Below are positions 52,324-64,000 of a stretch of 64,000 bases of DNA, one piece after another; the first letter of the stretch is position 1, and every line of letters begins with the position of its first letter. Both the position numbers and the translations under genes were made by a program. The stretch comes from Squalus acanthias (taxonomy: Eukaryota): assembly GCA_030390025.1 (NCBI GenBank), contig JASTWF010000036.1:1426001-1490000 (forward strand), read 5' to 3'. The notes beneath the pieces were generated by a model. It was not told the DNA's origin and searched no databases. It worked only from the letters and a program-made list of their open reading frames with translations.

Positions 52324-54249
52324 TACGTGTTTTCAGCAGGGTGCTTTTACTGCGCACTAAATATCTCTGCTAAAACTTAATATTCTAATGAAAAGCACTC
52401 TGTGACAAGAGCTCAATTGGAGTATGAACATTTACACCTAGCAGTTACTGTCGGTGATATTAAACGACTAACACATGGTCTGTGTTAAAATAGCAGACAG
52501 AGGAATGCATTACGGTTATTGAATGCTGCTGTACATATGGTTGTTTCAACCCATAATAAATCGAGTTATTTTTCCTTTATCATTTGATGCTGCACTACTT
52601 GGAATCTTAACACCAATACACACAAGGAAAGCACACTCCCCAGTCTGTATGTTATCCTACCTGTGATATACTCCCATCTATACGTGAACTGTGTCAGCAT
52701 GCCCGTGAAACAATGGGGACCTGGACATCAGTTAAGTCTTGCTAAGGAGTTGGTCAAAAAAGGTGGAAATTAGAGATTGGGGCGAAAATAAACTCCTTGA
52801 ATAGCAGGGTGGTTGAGTGACTGGGACGTCGCTCCCACGGACAATACTGGTTTCTCAAAACTGGGTTTTCAAACAGTGGTTGGCCGAGTGGTGTAGTCAG
52901 GTCAGCGTGGCGACCGATAATATTGTGCAATGTCCCTCTTTATCGTTTGGGCATTAAAGCATTGCATGGGTGGAGTGCAAAGAATTAGATGAGGAGGAGA
53001 GGGGGGTGAGCACACGTAACAACCTGCCTGATTTTCTGTTTATTAATTGAAATGAGCTGGTGGTCCTCTTCATCCAATTTCCTCTGTGCGCTCCATCAGG
53101 AGATGCATTATGCCCAAATACCAATGAAAAATCTGCCCCCCTATCATGCTTCGACATACCAAGTAACAGTGCACCATAATACCGCTGCGGTAGTATTGTG
53201 CTTAGTCTGTGATATCTAACAGTTTGATTCAGATGTGTACTGCCCTGGGACCTGGATTAAGCTCCAGCCATTTCTGGCACAGCATCAGGTTTCCGACCAG
53301 TGCCCTGGTCAATACAGAATTTAGGTATTGGAGTCTGCAGAGGTCTCAAAATCAGAAAGATGGATTCAATAGGAATTCTCTCAGGCTCCAAAGATTTAGA
53401 GGTCACGGTTAAAAGTGTCGTCGCTGCAGAGACTAACTCGGGGGAGTGTTCAATATTCCTCTCCAATCTCGTCAGTTGGGCCGTACTATCGTTTGGGCCA
53501 TACTGTCGTTTGGGCCATTAAACAAAAATACAAAACATTTCACTGGTTTCCCTTTATTGAACAGTTGAACCACACGAGATATGAAAGTGGGTTATTTTTA
53601 ATCGAGAAGTAAATGCTGATATCACATGACCTTGGCATCATGTCCACTGCCAGCAGCCGAAAGCAAAAAAAAATATGATTTTAAAATGTAATTTGACCAG
53701 GCAGATATCTGGTATAAATATAATAATTGACTTAGGAGCAATGAAGTATGGAAAATGATCCCAGTCGTGACCTTGAGGAGTAAGCTATATCCATGAGCCC
53801 TTGGGGTTTGTGGTCAACTCTTGCCGACATTGTTGTTTTTCAGTCACAAAGTGGGTTTTGGGAATTCACACTGACCCAATTTACATGACGTTAGCTAGTT
53901 AACCAACGATAGCCTGGAAATGAGTCGTGCAGAAACCGTAAGACGTATGGATAGAACGTCCATCTTCGCTATTTTAATGAAGCCATAACCTGTACAGGTT
54001 AACCCAACCGTCAAAATGGCGGAGAGAGGAATTTGCAACGAGCTTGTCAAGCATTTGTACAGTAGCGTTGCTCACAGTCACTGTCAGCTTTACATCATTT
54101 GTGGTGGGGCTTTGCGCTTATTGTCAGTGCTGGGGGGAAAAGAACATTTTGTTTTCCACTTTGGGCGCCTGGAGACTGTGGCAATTGTTCTCAGGTCAGG
54201 GTCAGATGCAGAGTAAACACTCTGTACCCTGCCCAAACACTGAAGGGGT

Positions 54250-54555
54250 CATTTTCCGATTTCGCACTCCCGGTGGGCAGCCTCACACACTGGTGGCACC
54301 ACCTTCTTATGGCCAATCGGAAAGCAAAAAGACTCTTTGTGACCCGATTTGATGATTTTTGACTGCCACTCAAACAGCCTTTTTTCCCATCTCCAATATT
54401 TTTATAACTAATAAACAAGTCTTCAAACATAATGAAAAAACTCTTTTTTAATGCCCTGATGATTTTTCTCCCGGTTTTTGCTCGCAGCATAGTCCTGGAG
54501 ATTAATCTTCAATTCCTGGAGACTCCAGGGCAATCTTGGAGGGTTGGCAACCCTA
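54250..54555 (-). mobile_element. Putative non-autonomous hAT-like element end; left boundary uncertain
   Basis: Terminus GTTGGCAACCCTA (reverse TAGGGTTGCCAAC) resembles the TIR of the 44-46 kb hAT; CCTGGAG subterminal repeats. Confidence 0.5.
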
Positions 54556-55133
54556 GGGCCATTGTGTTGCGTCACCTCATCTCCCTATCAATCAAATGTT
54601 GTGAGACTCCCTATTTAAGCACACCACGGAGGCTGCAGCAGAATCACCGAGGGTTCACCATATTTGCCATTAGTCCGTTCTTCCTCGTTTTGTTCAGGCC
54701 TCAATTATCCACTTTGGTAGGAAAAATAGAAAAGCAGAGTGTTTTTTAAATGGTGAGAGATTGGGAAATGTTGGTGTTCAGAGGGACCTGGGTGTCCTTG
54801 TACACGAATCACTAAAAGTTAACACGCAGGTACAGCAAGCAATTAGGAAAGCAAATGGTATGTTGGCCTTTATTACAAGAGGATTTGAGTATAAGAGTAA
54901 AGACGTCTTACTGCAATTATATAGGGCCCTGGTGAGACCACACCTGGAGTACTGTGTACAGTTCTGGTCTCCTTACCTAAGGAAGGATATACTTGCCATA
55001 GAGGGAGTGCAACGAAGGTTCACCAGACTGGTTCCTGGGATGGGGGGATTGTCCTATGAGGACAGATTGAGTAGACTGGGCCTGTATTCTCGAGAGTTTA
55101 GAAAAATGAGAGGTGATCTCTTTGAAACGTACA

Positions 55134-55765
55134 GGGGGAAAAATTGGGTTGATTTGCGCTGCTCGTTAGCGCCCGGGCACGCCGCCGCTGACGCATCCCG
55201 CGAAATTCAGCGGGAGGTTAGCGGCGCCGGTAGCCGGTAGCGCCCCGTGGCGCTGCGCCACCGGCGATGAGGTCATCACCGTGCGCAGCGGCCCGCTCGC
55301 GCCCCGGCCACAAACTTCCCTTGCGCCCCCTGACCTATCGCCGGACGATATGTCCGACAGAGTCAGGGGGGCGATTTTGCAGCCGCGGCGGCGCTACTTA
55401 AAGGGCAGGTGTCGGGCGGCCATTTCTTTTTTGGCCGACTGCCAGCACCTGCCCCCTTCCCCTTTTTTTCTCGGGGTGCCGGCTGCGATCGCTTAGCCCA
55501 GCACTCCTCTTGAGTGCCGGGCTGTTTTCACGGCACCCAGGGGAGGAGGTCTGCAATGACGTGGCGCTACGTGCTGACACGCGTGGCGCTGTTGCACGTA
55601 GCGCTGCAATATTCAGTTGTAGCGCCCCAAGAAGGAGGTGGTGCGATCCAGTAGCGCCCCGCCTCCTGCTTGGGGCGCTACACTGAATTTCAGGCGGAGG
55701 GGCGCTAATTTTTTCAGGGCGCTAAAATTAGCGTCCCAAAAGGGGCGACACCGAATTTTTCCCTC
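55134..55765. mobile_element. GC-rich MITE, 632 bp, imperfect 16-bp TIRs, probable 3-bp TSD (PIF/Harbinger-like by inference)
   Basis: GGGGGAAAAATTGGGT vs reverse of ACCGAATTTTTCCCTC (2 mismatches); flanks ACA/ATA; removal restores the CR1 ETYKIL codons. Confidence 0.78.
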
Positions 55766-56070
55766 ATAAAATTCTTACAGGGCTTGACAGGGTAGATGCT
55801 GAGAGGCTGTTTCCCCCTGGCTGGAGAGTCTAGAACCAGGGGTCACAGTCACAGAATAAGGGGTCGGCCATTTAGGACTGAGATGAGGAGGAATTTCTTC
55901 ACTCAGAGGGTGGTGAATCTTTGGAATTCTCTACCCCAGAGGGCTGTGGAGGCTCAGTCGTTGAGTATATTCAAGACAGAGATCGATAGATTCTTGGATA
56001 TTAAGGGAATCAAGGGATATGGGGATAGTACGAGAAGGTGGTGTTGAGGTCGAAGATCAGCCATGATCTT

Positions 56071-56273
56071 AGAAGCATAGAAGATAGGAGCAGGAGTCGG
56101 CCATTCGGCCCCTCGAGCCTGCTCTGCCATTCGATGAGATCATGGCTGATCATCCAAACTCAGTACCCTGTCCCTGCCTTCTCCCCATATCCCTTGATCC
56201 CTTTAGCCTTAAGAAATATATCTAACTCCTTCTTGAATATATTTACTGACTTGGCCTCAACTGCCTTCTGTGG
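56071..56273 (-). mobile_element. CR1 3' end in antisense, same subfamily as 6928-7914
   Basis: Near-identical reverse complement of 7707-7905. Confidence 0.9.
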
Positions 56274-56992
56274 TATTGAATGGCGGAGCAGGCTCGAATG
56301 GCTGAATGGCCGACTCCTGCTCCTATTTCTTATGTTCATATGTTCAATGCCAGCGTGGTTCCATGCTCAGCCAACAAGAGCTGTGTACCCTTAGTTACGT
56401 GGTGAGGTGTGCAGCAGTTAGAACTACCTCACCACTCATTACAGCAGACAGTCACAGCTGGTTTGGTATGTAACAGAGTGTCTTAGCTTATCACAGCAGG
56501 CCCCGGACACTGGGGATACGAGGCTTGTTTCAATATTCATTCAATCAGCAGAAAGCATGCATTATGATTCCCTTTGAAGTTATTCTCTTTTTCAACGGGG
56601 CAGAAAATGGCACGGCTACGTCAGCCAGCAAAGGGACTCTTGGTTAATGTGGTGTTAAATTGGTATAACAGAAGTCCTGCCAGATGCTACTAGCTTCTGC
56701 AAAGGAACAAGGGGTCCATTAACCAGACAGCAGCTACAGTTCCTACCCAGTCAGTGGGCCAGCAGTATGACTTTATACAGCAAGGCTCCTATTGAATGGT
56801 TACCCCTGGACTGAACAGCTTTGGTTGATTATTGTCATGCTTGTGCTGAGACCCAGTGCTGTAATCTGGCACACTGTTTAAATACATGCAGGTGGATCAA
56901 GCATTCGTTGTGCCGTTTATACTGCTGGCTGTCAGCAGGCCGACTTTACAGCCATACTTTTTGCACTTGTGTACAGGTCAGTTCTTGGGCGT

Positions 56993-57382
56993 GTCAGCCG
57001 TGGCTCAGTGGGTAGCACTCTCGCCTTGCGTCAGAAGGTTGTGGGTTCAAGTCCCACTCCAGGAACTTGAGCATAAAAATCGAGGCTGACACTCCCAGTG
57101 CAGTGCTGAGGGAGTGCTGCACTGTCAGAGGTGCCATCTTTCGGATGAGAGATTAAACCGTCTGCCCTCTCAGGCGAACAGAAAAGATTCCAGGCCAATA
57201 TTTATTCCTCAACCAACGTCATTAAAAAACAGATTCTCTGGGCATTAGCTCATTGCTGTTTGTGGGAGCTTGCTGTGTGCACATTGGCTGCCACATTTCC
57301 TACATTACAACAGTGACTACACTTCAAAAAGTACTTAACTGGCTGTAAAGCGCTTTGGGACATCCTGAGGCCATGAAAGGTC
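56993..57382 (+). mobile_element. Deu-domain SINE with intact Pol III boxes and an internal deletion
   Basis: A box TGGCTCAGTGG, B box GGTTCAAGTCCC; body matches 37407-37874. Confidence 0.86.
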
Positions 57383-57934
57383 TTTGAATGTGCAATATTT
57401 GTTTGGAGAGAGGTATATATAATTCTACTTGTGAATAAATTGTGATACTAGTTTTAGCCTGGACAGCCTGAGATTTATTGCCTTTTCAAAGAGACAAGGA
57501 GAATGTGGTGAGCATCCCACATTATATCGTATGTTATATTGTAATTAATGGGTAATGCTACTCAGGCATGCACAAAGGTGTAGGGTTTAGTTCAATCTGC
57601 TTACGGAAACTGCCTTTTTGCAGTGAACACAAGTTGGGAGAAAGCTCATAGCAATGTAATTCAACAAATTTTAGGCAAAATCACTATTTTTCATGCTGTC
57701 AGGAAGTTCGTAAGGGATGCTTGGATCTATAGACTTGTATTCCAGGATCTCACAGAAAAACCCAACTCAGCTGGTTGGGTCTGTTATGAGAGGACCAGGT
57801 CTGAAGTGTCCTGAGGACTGTCTGTATCCCAGGCAGGGTGCCCGGACTCAGAGTAGTGTGTGTCCAGTCATTCGTTACAAATATCCAACAGTGTGTTTTC
57901 AATCGCTTTGTTCGTGATGAAATCTGTAGCGCAC

Positions 57935-58795
57935 ATTCACCAGAATGATACCAGGGCTAAAAGGGTTAAATTATGAGGACAGGTTACATAGACTAAGCTT
58001 GTATTCACTCGAGTGTAGAAGATTAAGGGGTGATCTAATTCAGGTGTTTAAGACGATTAAAGGATTTGATAGGGTAGATCGAGAGAAATTATTTCCTCTG
58101 GTGGGGGAGTTCAGAACAAGGGGGCGTAACCTTAAAATTAGAGCCAGGCCGTTCAGGGGTGATGTCGAAGTTTGACTTCCGATTAAAGACTCTTGTAGAC
58201 AATATCGTCAAAGAAGGCTTTTTATTATATTTTACTTGCAAGGAGACTGCAACCATAGCCCAATTAGCTATGATGACAGACTGCCGAATCACAGAAATTG
58301 GAGTATTCTTATACAGTATAATATCACATGACATGTTGTTTAAGGTAAGCTAAGTTAACAATTAGAAAAAACACATTAGAAATGCCTTACAATGAGACTA
58401 GCTAATCTCTATAAAATGGAGTCTATCTATTTTACTTCTCGCACCAAGGCCAAGGCGACTGGTGTGTTTACTTTACTAGCCCTTGGTTATCTCAATATTA
58501 AGCCTGTTTTTCTTTTGTGCAGGCAGTCTTTTGCTGACAGCATAGTCTAAGAATTTAAAGTTATTTTCAGAAAAGAACATAACAATGGATTTTTTTCCTT
58601 TTCCACACAAGTCAGAGTTGGCCATTTTATTAGTTTAAATTCAAGGACACCATTTTGTCCGAGACAAAAACTGCACTTCCACAGTGATGTCAGGAAGCAC
58701 TTCTTCACACAAAGGGTGGTGGAAATCTGGAACTCTCTCCCCCAAAAAGCTGTTGAGGCTGGGGGTCAACTGAAAATTTCAAAACTGGGATTGCT
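57935..58795 (+). mobile_element. CR1 3' fragment split by a solo LTR
   Basis: MIPGLKGLNYEDRL..RARPFRGD rejoins VRKHFFTQRVVEIWNSLPQK across 58163-58683. Confidence 0.88.
58163..58683 (-). mobile_element. Solo LTR, 521 bp, 4-bp TSD GTGA
   Basis: TG..CA termini with inverted ends TGTCGAAGT / ACTTCCACA (8 of 9 match); GTGA at 58159-58162 and 58684-58687; minus-strand AATAAA near 58225 and TATAAGA near 58310. Confidence 0.75.
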
Positions 58796-58954
58796 AGAGG
58801 CACTGGGGATGACTGGCATCCATGGAGCAGAATCCCAACAAGAGTGGGTGCCTTCAGGAGAGGAGAGGAGAAAACCGGTTGGTGGGGGCTGGGTGGGGGT
58901 CGGAGGTCAGGACAATGGTCAACAGAGATGGTGTGTGTCAATAATTGTTGCATT

Positions 58955-60589
58955 ATAGGATAAAAATTGATATAGAGGAGGTATTAGAAAGGCTGGCTGT
59001 ATTTAAAGTAGATAAATCACCAGGAGCGGATGGGATGCATCCTAGGATGCTGAGGAAATTGAGGGAAGAAATCTCGGAGGTACTGGCCATAATATTCCAA
59101 TCCTCCTTAGATACGGGGGGTGGTGCCAGGGAACTGGAGAATTGCAAATGTTACACCATTGTTCAAAAAAGGGTGTAAAGATAAACCCAGCAACTACAGG
59201 CCAGTTAGTTTGACCTCTTGTAGCGGGGAAGCTTTTAGAAACAGTAATCAGGGACAAAATTAACAGTCACTTGGACAAGTGTGGATTAATTAAGGAAAGC
59301 CAGCACGGAATTTTTAAAGGCAAATCGTGTTTAACCAACTTGATTGAGTTCTTTGATGAGGTAACAGAGAGGGTTGATGAGGGTAATGCAGTTGATGTGG
59401 TGTACATGGATTTCCAAAAGGCGTTCGACAAAGTGCCACATAATAGGCTTGCCAGCAAAGTTGAAGCCCATGGAATAAAAGGGACAGTGGCAGCATGGAT
59501 ACGGAATTGGCTTAGTGATAGGAAACAGAGAGTAGTGGTGAACGGTTGTTTTTCAGACTGGAGGAAGGTACACAGTGGTGTTCCCCAGGGGTCGGCAGTA
59601 GGACCACTGCTTTTCTTGATATATATTAATAACTTGGACTTGGGTGTACAGGGCACAATTTCAAAATTTACAGATGACACAAAACTTGGAAGTATAGTGA
59701 ACAGTGAGGAGGAGAGTGATAGACTTCAGGAAGACATAGACAGGCTGGTGAAATGGGCGGACATGTGGCAGATGAAATTTAACGCAGAAAAGTGTGAAGT
59801 GATACATTTTGGTAGAAAGAATGAGGAGAGGCAATATAAACTAAATGGTACAATCCTGAAGGAGGTGCACGAACAGAGAGGCCTGGGGGTATGTGTGCAC
59901 AAATTGTTGAAGGTGGCAGGGCAGGTTGAGAAAGCAGTTAAAAAGGCTTACAGGATCCTGGGCTTCATAAATAGAGATATAGAGTACAAAAGTGTGAAAA
60001 TTACGATGAACCTGTATAAAACACTGGTTCAGCCCCAACTGGAGTATTGTGTCCAATTCTGGGCACCACACTTTAGGAAGGATGTGAAGGTCTTAGAGAG
60101 GGTGCAAAAAAGATTTATGAGAATGATTCCAGGAATGAGGGACTTCAGTGATGTGGAGAGACTGGAGAAGCTGGGGTTGTTCTCCTTAGAGCAGAGAAGA
60201 TTGAGAGGAGATTTGATAGAGGTGTTCAAAATCATGAGGGGGTCTGGACAGAGTAGATAGAGAGAAACTGTTCCCATTGGCAGGAGGGTCAAGAACCAGA
60301 GGATACAGATTTAAGGTGATTGGCAAAAGATCCAAAGACGACGTAAGAAAAAACTTTTTTACGCGGCGAGTGGTTGTGATCTGGAACGCACTGCCTGAAA
60401 GGGTGGTGGAGGCAGATTCAATCATGGCTTTCAAAAGGGAGTTGGATAAGAACCTGAAGGAAAGAAATTTGCAGGGCTACGGGAAAGGGCGGGGGAGTGG
60501 GACTAGCTGAAGTGCTCTTGCAGAGAGCCGGCATGGGCTCGACGGGCCGAATGGCCTTCTTCCATGCTGTAACCATTCTATGATTCTAT
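58955..60589 (+). mobile_element. CR1 LINE 3' 1.6 kb, RT with frameshifts
   Basis: KSPGADGMHPR, NYRPVSLT, QHG, MDFQKAFDKV, GVPQGS, SKFTDD; tail CCATTCTATGATTCTAT. Confidence 0.93.
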
Positions 60590-61317
60590 TGTGGGTGTGT
60601 TTCAGTGGCTGTGCTAAAAGTCTAACCTCCAGATCACGTACGATGTGTGGGTTTACGTACCTCACTGAAATGTGATCATTTCAGACCGATAAATGTCCGT
60701 CATCTCTACACAGATAAAGTGAAAATTCATTGTTCCTAATTGGTGCCTTACAGGCGAGACATGATGAAGGATATGACAGTGCAGCTGATGGCATGGACTT
60801 GTTCAAAATATCATCTCAACAATAGGATTCGCTCAACAGAGATAAAAAAAACTGCGAGTTTATCAGGGACTCACTTACTTGCAAGAATCGCTAACCTTTT
60901 TGAAATGGCGTTCACCTTTTTAATGGAATGATCCGTACAAGAGGATAGATCACTGTTTGAAAAGCGCAGAAGGTGTTGACTTGCCTCCCTGGGGAGAGTG
61001 GAGCTGCGAGACTATTCTCTTTCGTCAGCTCTGGGCTGCGGAGCAGAAAAATGCTTCGCTTTTTTGACTGAATGTTCTGGTGAGAAACTGGAGTCGCAAC
61101 ACATTGCCGTGTCACTAATACAAAATGTCAGCCTCGGGCAGAGCTGAGCATGCTGATCTCCAGTGAATCTCTCCAGTGCATGGAAGAGTAAATCAGCAGA
61201 TGCTTGAAGGCCCAGGAGCTGGCTGGGAAACGAGTCAGTGCAAGAACAACCTGGAATAGCTTTGGCTGTTTTCCACTGATGCACTTTTTTTCCTCCTGTT
61301 TTTATGCCACATTAAGA

Positions 61318-61766
61318 AGAAAGAAAGAACTTGCTTTTCTATAGCGCCTTTCACCCACCTCAGGACGTCCCAAAGCGTTTTACAGCCAATGAAGTACTTT
61401 TGAAGTGGAGTCACTGTTGTAATGTAGGAAACGTGGCAGCCAATTTGTGAACAGCAAGGTCCCACAAACAGCAATGCGATAATGACCAGATAATCTGTTT
61501 TAGTGATGTTGGTTGAGGGATAAATATTGGCCAGAACACCGGGGAGAACTCCCCTGATCTTCTTCAAAATAGTGCCATGGGATCTTTTACGTCCACCTGA
61601 GAGAGCAGGCAGGGCCTCGGTTTAACATCTCATCCGAAAGATGGCACCTCCAACAGTGCGGCGTTCCCTCAGTACTGCACTGGAGTGGAGCCTAGAATAT
61701 GTGCTCAAGTCTCTGGAGTGGGATTTGAACCCACAACCTTCTGACTCAGCGAGAGTGCTACCCACT
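61318..61766 (-). mobile_element. Near full-length Deu-domain SINE
   Basis: Reverse complement of 37407-37874 with B box (GGGATTTGAACC on +) and (GAAA)n tail. Confidence 0.88.
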
Positions 61767-62669
61767 GACTGGCAAACGTTCCTATGTAGTGGGCAATCTG
61801 CAGGCAGTTCCTCTGAGGTACAAAGCAGAGAGGATGGCGGGAAAGTTGGCAGAGCGATGCTCGCCTGCGCGCTCACACAGCCCCTAGTGGCCAGATACAG
61901 AACCACACTGGCAGAGGCCCGTCCACCTCTTGGGTGGAAAATGTTCCATGTCGGGGAATGACTTAAAGAGGAAGGGGACAGGAAAATAATTGCGAAAAAG
62001 GGAAAGGAAAGCACATAAAAGAAAGAGAGCGGCAGTGGTTCCTTCCAGCAATAGTAAGATCAGCCAACAGGGCAATTCAACCCCTTTTTAATTATTTGGT
62101 ACATATCTGCTTTAGAACAGACTTAATCCTCTGCCAAGTGTCCTCAGCCACACGCTGCTGTATTGAAGATAACGGCAGTTTGTAATGTATGAGCCACTGA
62201 ATCGTACCACTGGCTGCATCCAAAGCATTCTGGGTAATAGTCCAGTGTTGTGTAACTTTGCTCTCCAACTTCCTGAAGTATTTGAATTGGAAAAATAAAA
62301 ATATACAACGCAAAATTTACCAAGCATAAATTTCAGATGCATACTGATTTTTACAAGTCAGAAATGAAGCTCCTTTTTAGCTAGATTTGGCCTTCTAGGG
62401 TGCTGTAAGTCCCTCATACCCCGAGGTAACAGTGTAGCTGTGTGAAGACGAGCAGGATGATTACCATTTGTAAAGTCAAACATGGCCTTGAATAACCTTA
62501 GCCTGCAGTGGGACTGAAGGAGATGGAAAAAAGATTGATTATTTGCGGGCCTGCAAAGCTTTTAAAAATAAAATTCTCAAATTACTTATGGATTAACAAA
62601 GTCTGTGAGACATCAGAAGTGAATTTTTTTATTGGAATATTTTCTGGAGTGACTCTTCAGTGGATGCGC

Positions 62670-64000
62670 TTCAGATGAGACGTTAAACCGAGGCCCCGTC
62701 TGCTCTCATAGAAACATAGAAACATAGAAAATAGGTGCAGGAGTAGACCATTCGGTCCTTCGAGCCTGCACCGCCATTCAATGCGTTCATGGCTGAACAT
62801 GCTACCTCAGTACCCCATTCCTGCTTTCTCGCCATACCCCTTGATCCCCCTAGTTGTGAGTGTTATATCTAACTCCCTTTTGAATATATTTAGCGAACTG
62901 GCCTCAACAACCTTCTGTGGAAGAGAATTCCATAGATTCACCACTCTCTGGGTGAAGAAGTTCCTCCTCAGCTCAGTCTTAAATGGCTTCCCCTTAATCC
63001 TTAGACTGTGACCCCTGGTTCTAGTTTTCCCTAACATTGGGAACATTCTGCCCGCATCTAATTTGTCTAAACCAGTCAGGATTTTAAATGTCTCTATAAG
63101 ATCCCCCCTCATTCTTCTGAACTCCAGAGGATACAAGTTCAGTTGACCCAATCTTTCCTGATATGTCAGTCCGGCCATCCCAGGAATCAATCTAGTGAAC
63201 CTTCGCTGCACTCCCTCAATAGCAAGAATGTCCTTCCTTAAGTTAGGAGACCAAAACTGCGCATAATACTCCAGGTGTGGCCTCACCAAGGCCCTGTACA
63301 ACTGCAGCATCACCTCCCTACTCCTGTACTCAAATCCCCTTACTATGAAGGCCATCATTCCGTTTGCTTTCTTGACTGCCTGCTGCACTTGCATTCCCAC
63401 CTTCAGTGACTGATGTACCATGACGCCCAGGTCTCGTTGCACCTCCCCTTTCCCTAATCTGCCACCATTCAGGTAATAGTCCGCCTCTCTATTTTTACCA
63501 CCAAAGTGGATAACCTCACATTTATCCACATTGTACTTCATCTGCCATACATTTGCCCATTCACCCAACCTGTCCAAGTCACTCTGTAGCCTCCTAGCAT
63601 CCTCCTCATTGTTCACACTGCCTCCCAATTTAGTGTCATCCTGCAAATTTGGAGATATTACATTTAATCCCTTCGTCCAAATCATTAATATATAATGTAA
63701 ACAGCTGGGGTCCCAGCACCGAACCCTGCGGTACCCCACTGGTCACTGCCTGCCATTCTGAAAAGTACCCATTTACTCCTACTCTTTGTTTCCTGTGTGC
63801 CAACCAGTTCTCAATCCACGTTGGATGTAAAAGATCCCATGGCACTATTTCGAGGAAGAGCAGGGGAGTTATCCCCGGTGTCCTGGCCAATATTTATCTC
63901 TCAATCAACATAACTAAAAACAGATTATCCGGTCATTATCACATTGCTGTTTGTGGGAGCTTGCTGTGTGCAAATTGGCTGCCGCTTTTCCTACATTACA
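62670..64000 (+). mobile_element. Deu-domain SINE (62670-62707 and 63822-64000) split by an antisense CR1; runs off the window end
   Basis: GATGAGACGTTAAACCGAGGCCCCGTCTGCTCTC continues as TGGATGTAAAAGATCCCATGGCAC. Confidence 0.85.
62708..63821 (-). mobile_element. CR1 3' fragment with one frameshift at the FADD motif
   Basis: ORFs 63636..63890(-) and 62807..63739(-) join at SKFA/DDTK; (TTTCTATG)n tail at 62708-62730. Confidence 0.93.

Larger units (their letters stand above)
54726..56343 (+). mobile_element. CR1 3' fragment split by a MITE (55134-55765) and an antisense CR1 tail (56071-56273)
   Basis: VQRDLGVLVH..RGDLFETY rejoins KILTGLDRVDA; the 3' UTR GCCATGATCTT|ATTGAATGGCGG is split at 56070/56275. 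Confidence 0.9.

Noticed and set aside
61875..61895. CTCF-like motif TGGCCACTAGGGGCTG on the minus strand
   Set aside because: The 3' half departs from the consensus GGGGGCGC; a single imperfect motif is not supportable without data.

Overview
This is eukaryotic, repeat-dominated vertebrate DNA. The repeat families (Deu-domain tRNA SINEs, CR1 LINEs with HER1-type tails, Penelope-like element) point to a cartilaginous fish, by inference. No host protein-coding gene could be identified with confidence. (1) At 0.8-8.0 kb a 5'-truncated Penelope-like retroelement (RT + GIY-YIG) is split by two CR1 LINEs. The first carries an SGNH-esterase ORF1 remnant and an intact 983-aa APE+RT ORF2. The second sits exactly at the predicted cleavage site of a minimal hammerhead ribozyme in the Penelope terminal region. 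(2) At 9.8-36.7 kb lies a ~27 kb satellite of a 25-bp CATTCC-rich unit with kb-scale internal duplications; it accounts for all the giant His/Pro/Thr-rich ORFs. (3) At 37-64 kb is a nest of SINEs, CR1/L2/RTE fragments, a full-length hAT transposon (12-bp TIRs, 8-bp TSD, frameshifted transposase) inside an RTE fragment, a GC-rich MITE and a solo LTR. All calls were made by eye, without database searches.
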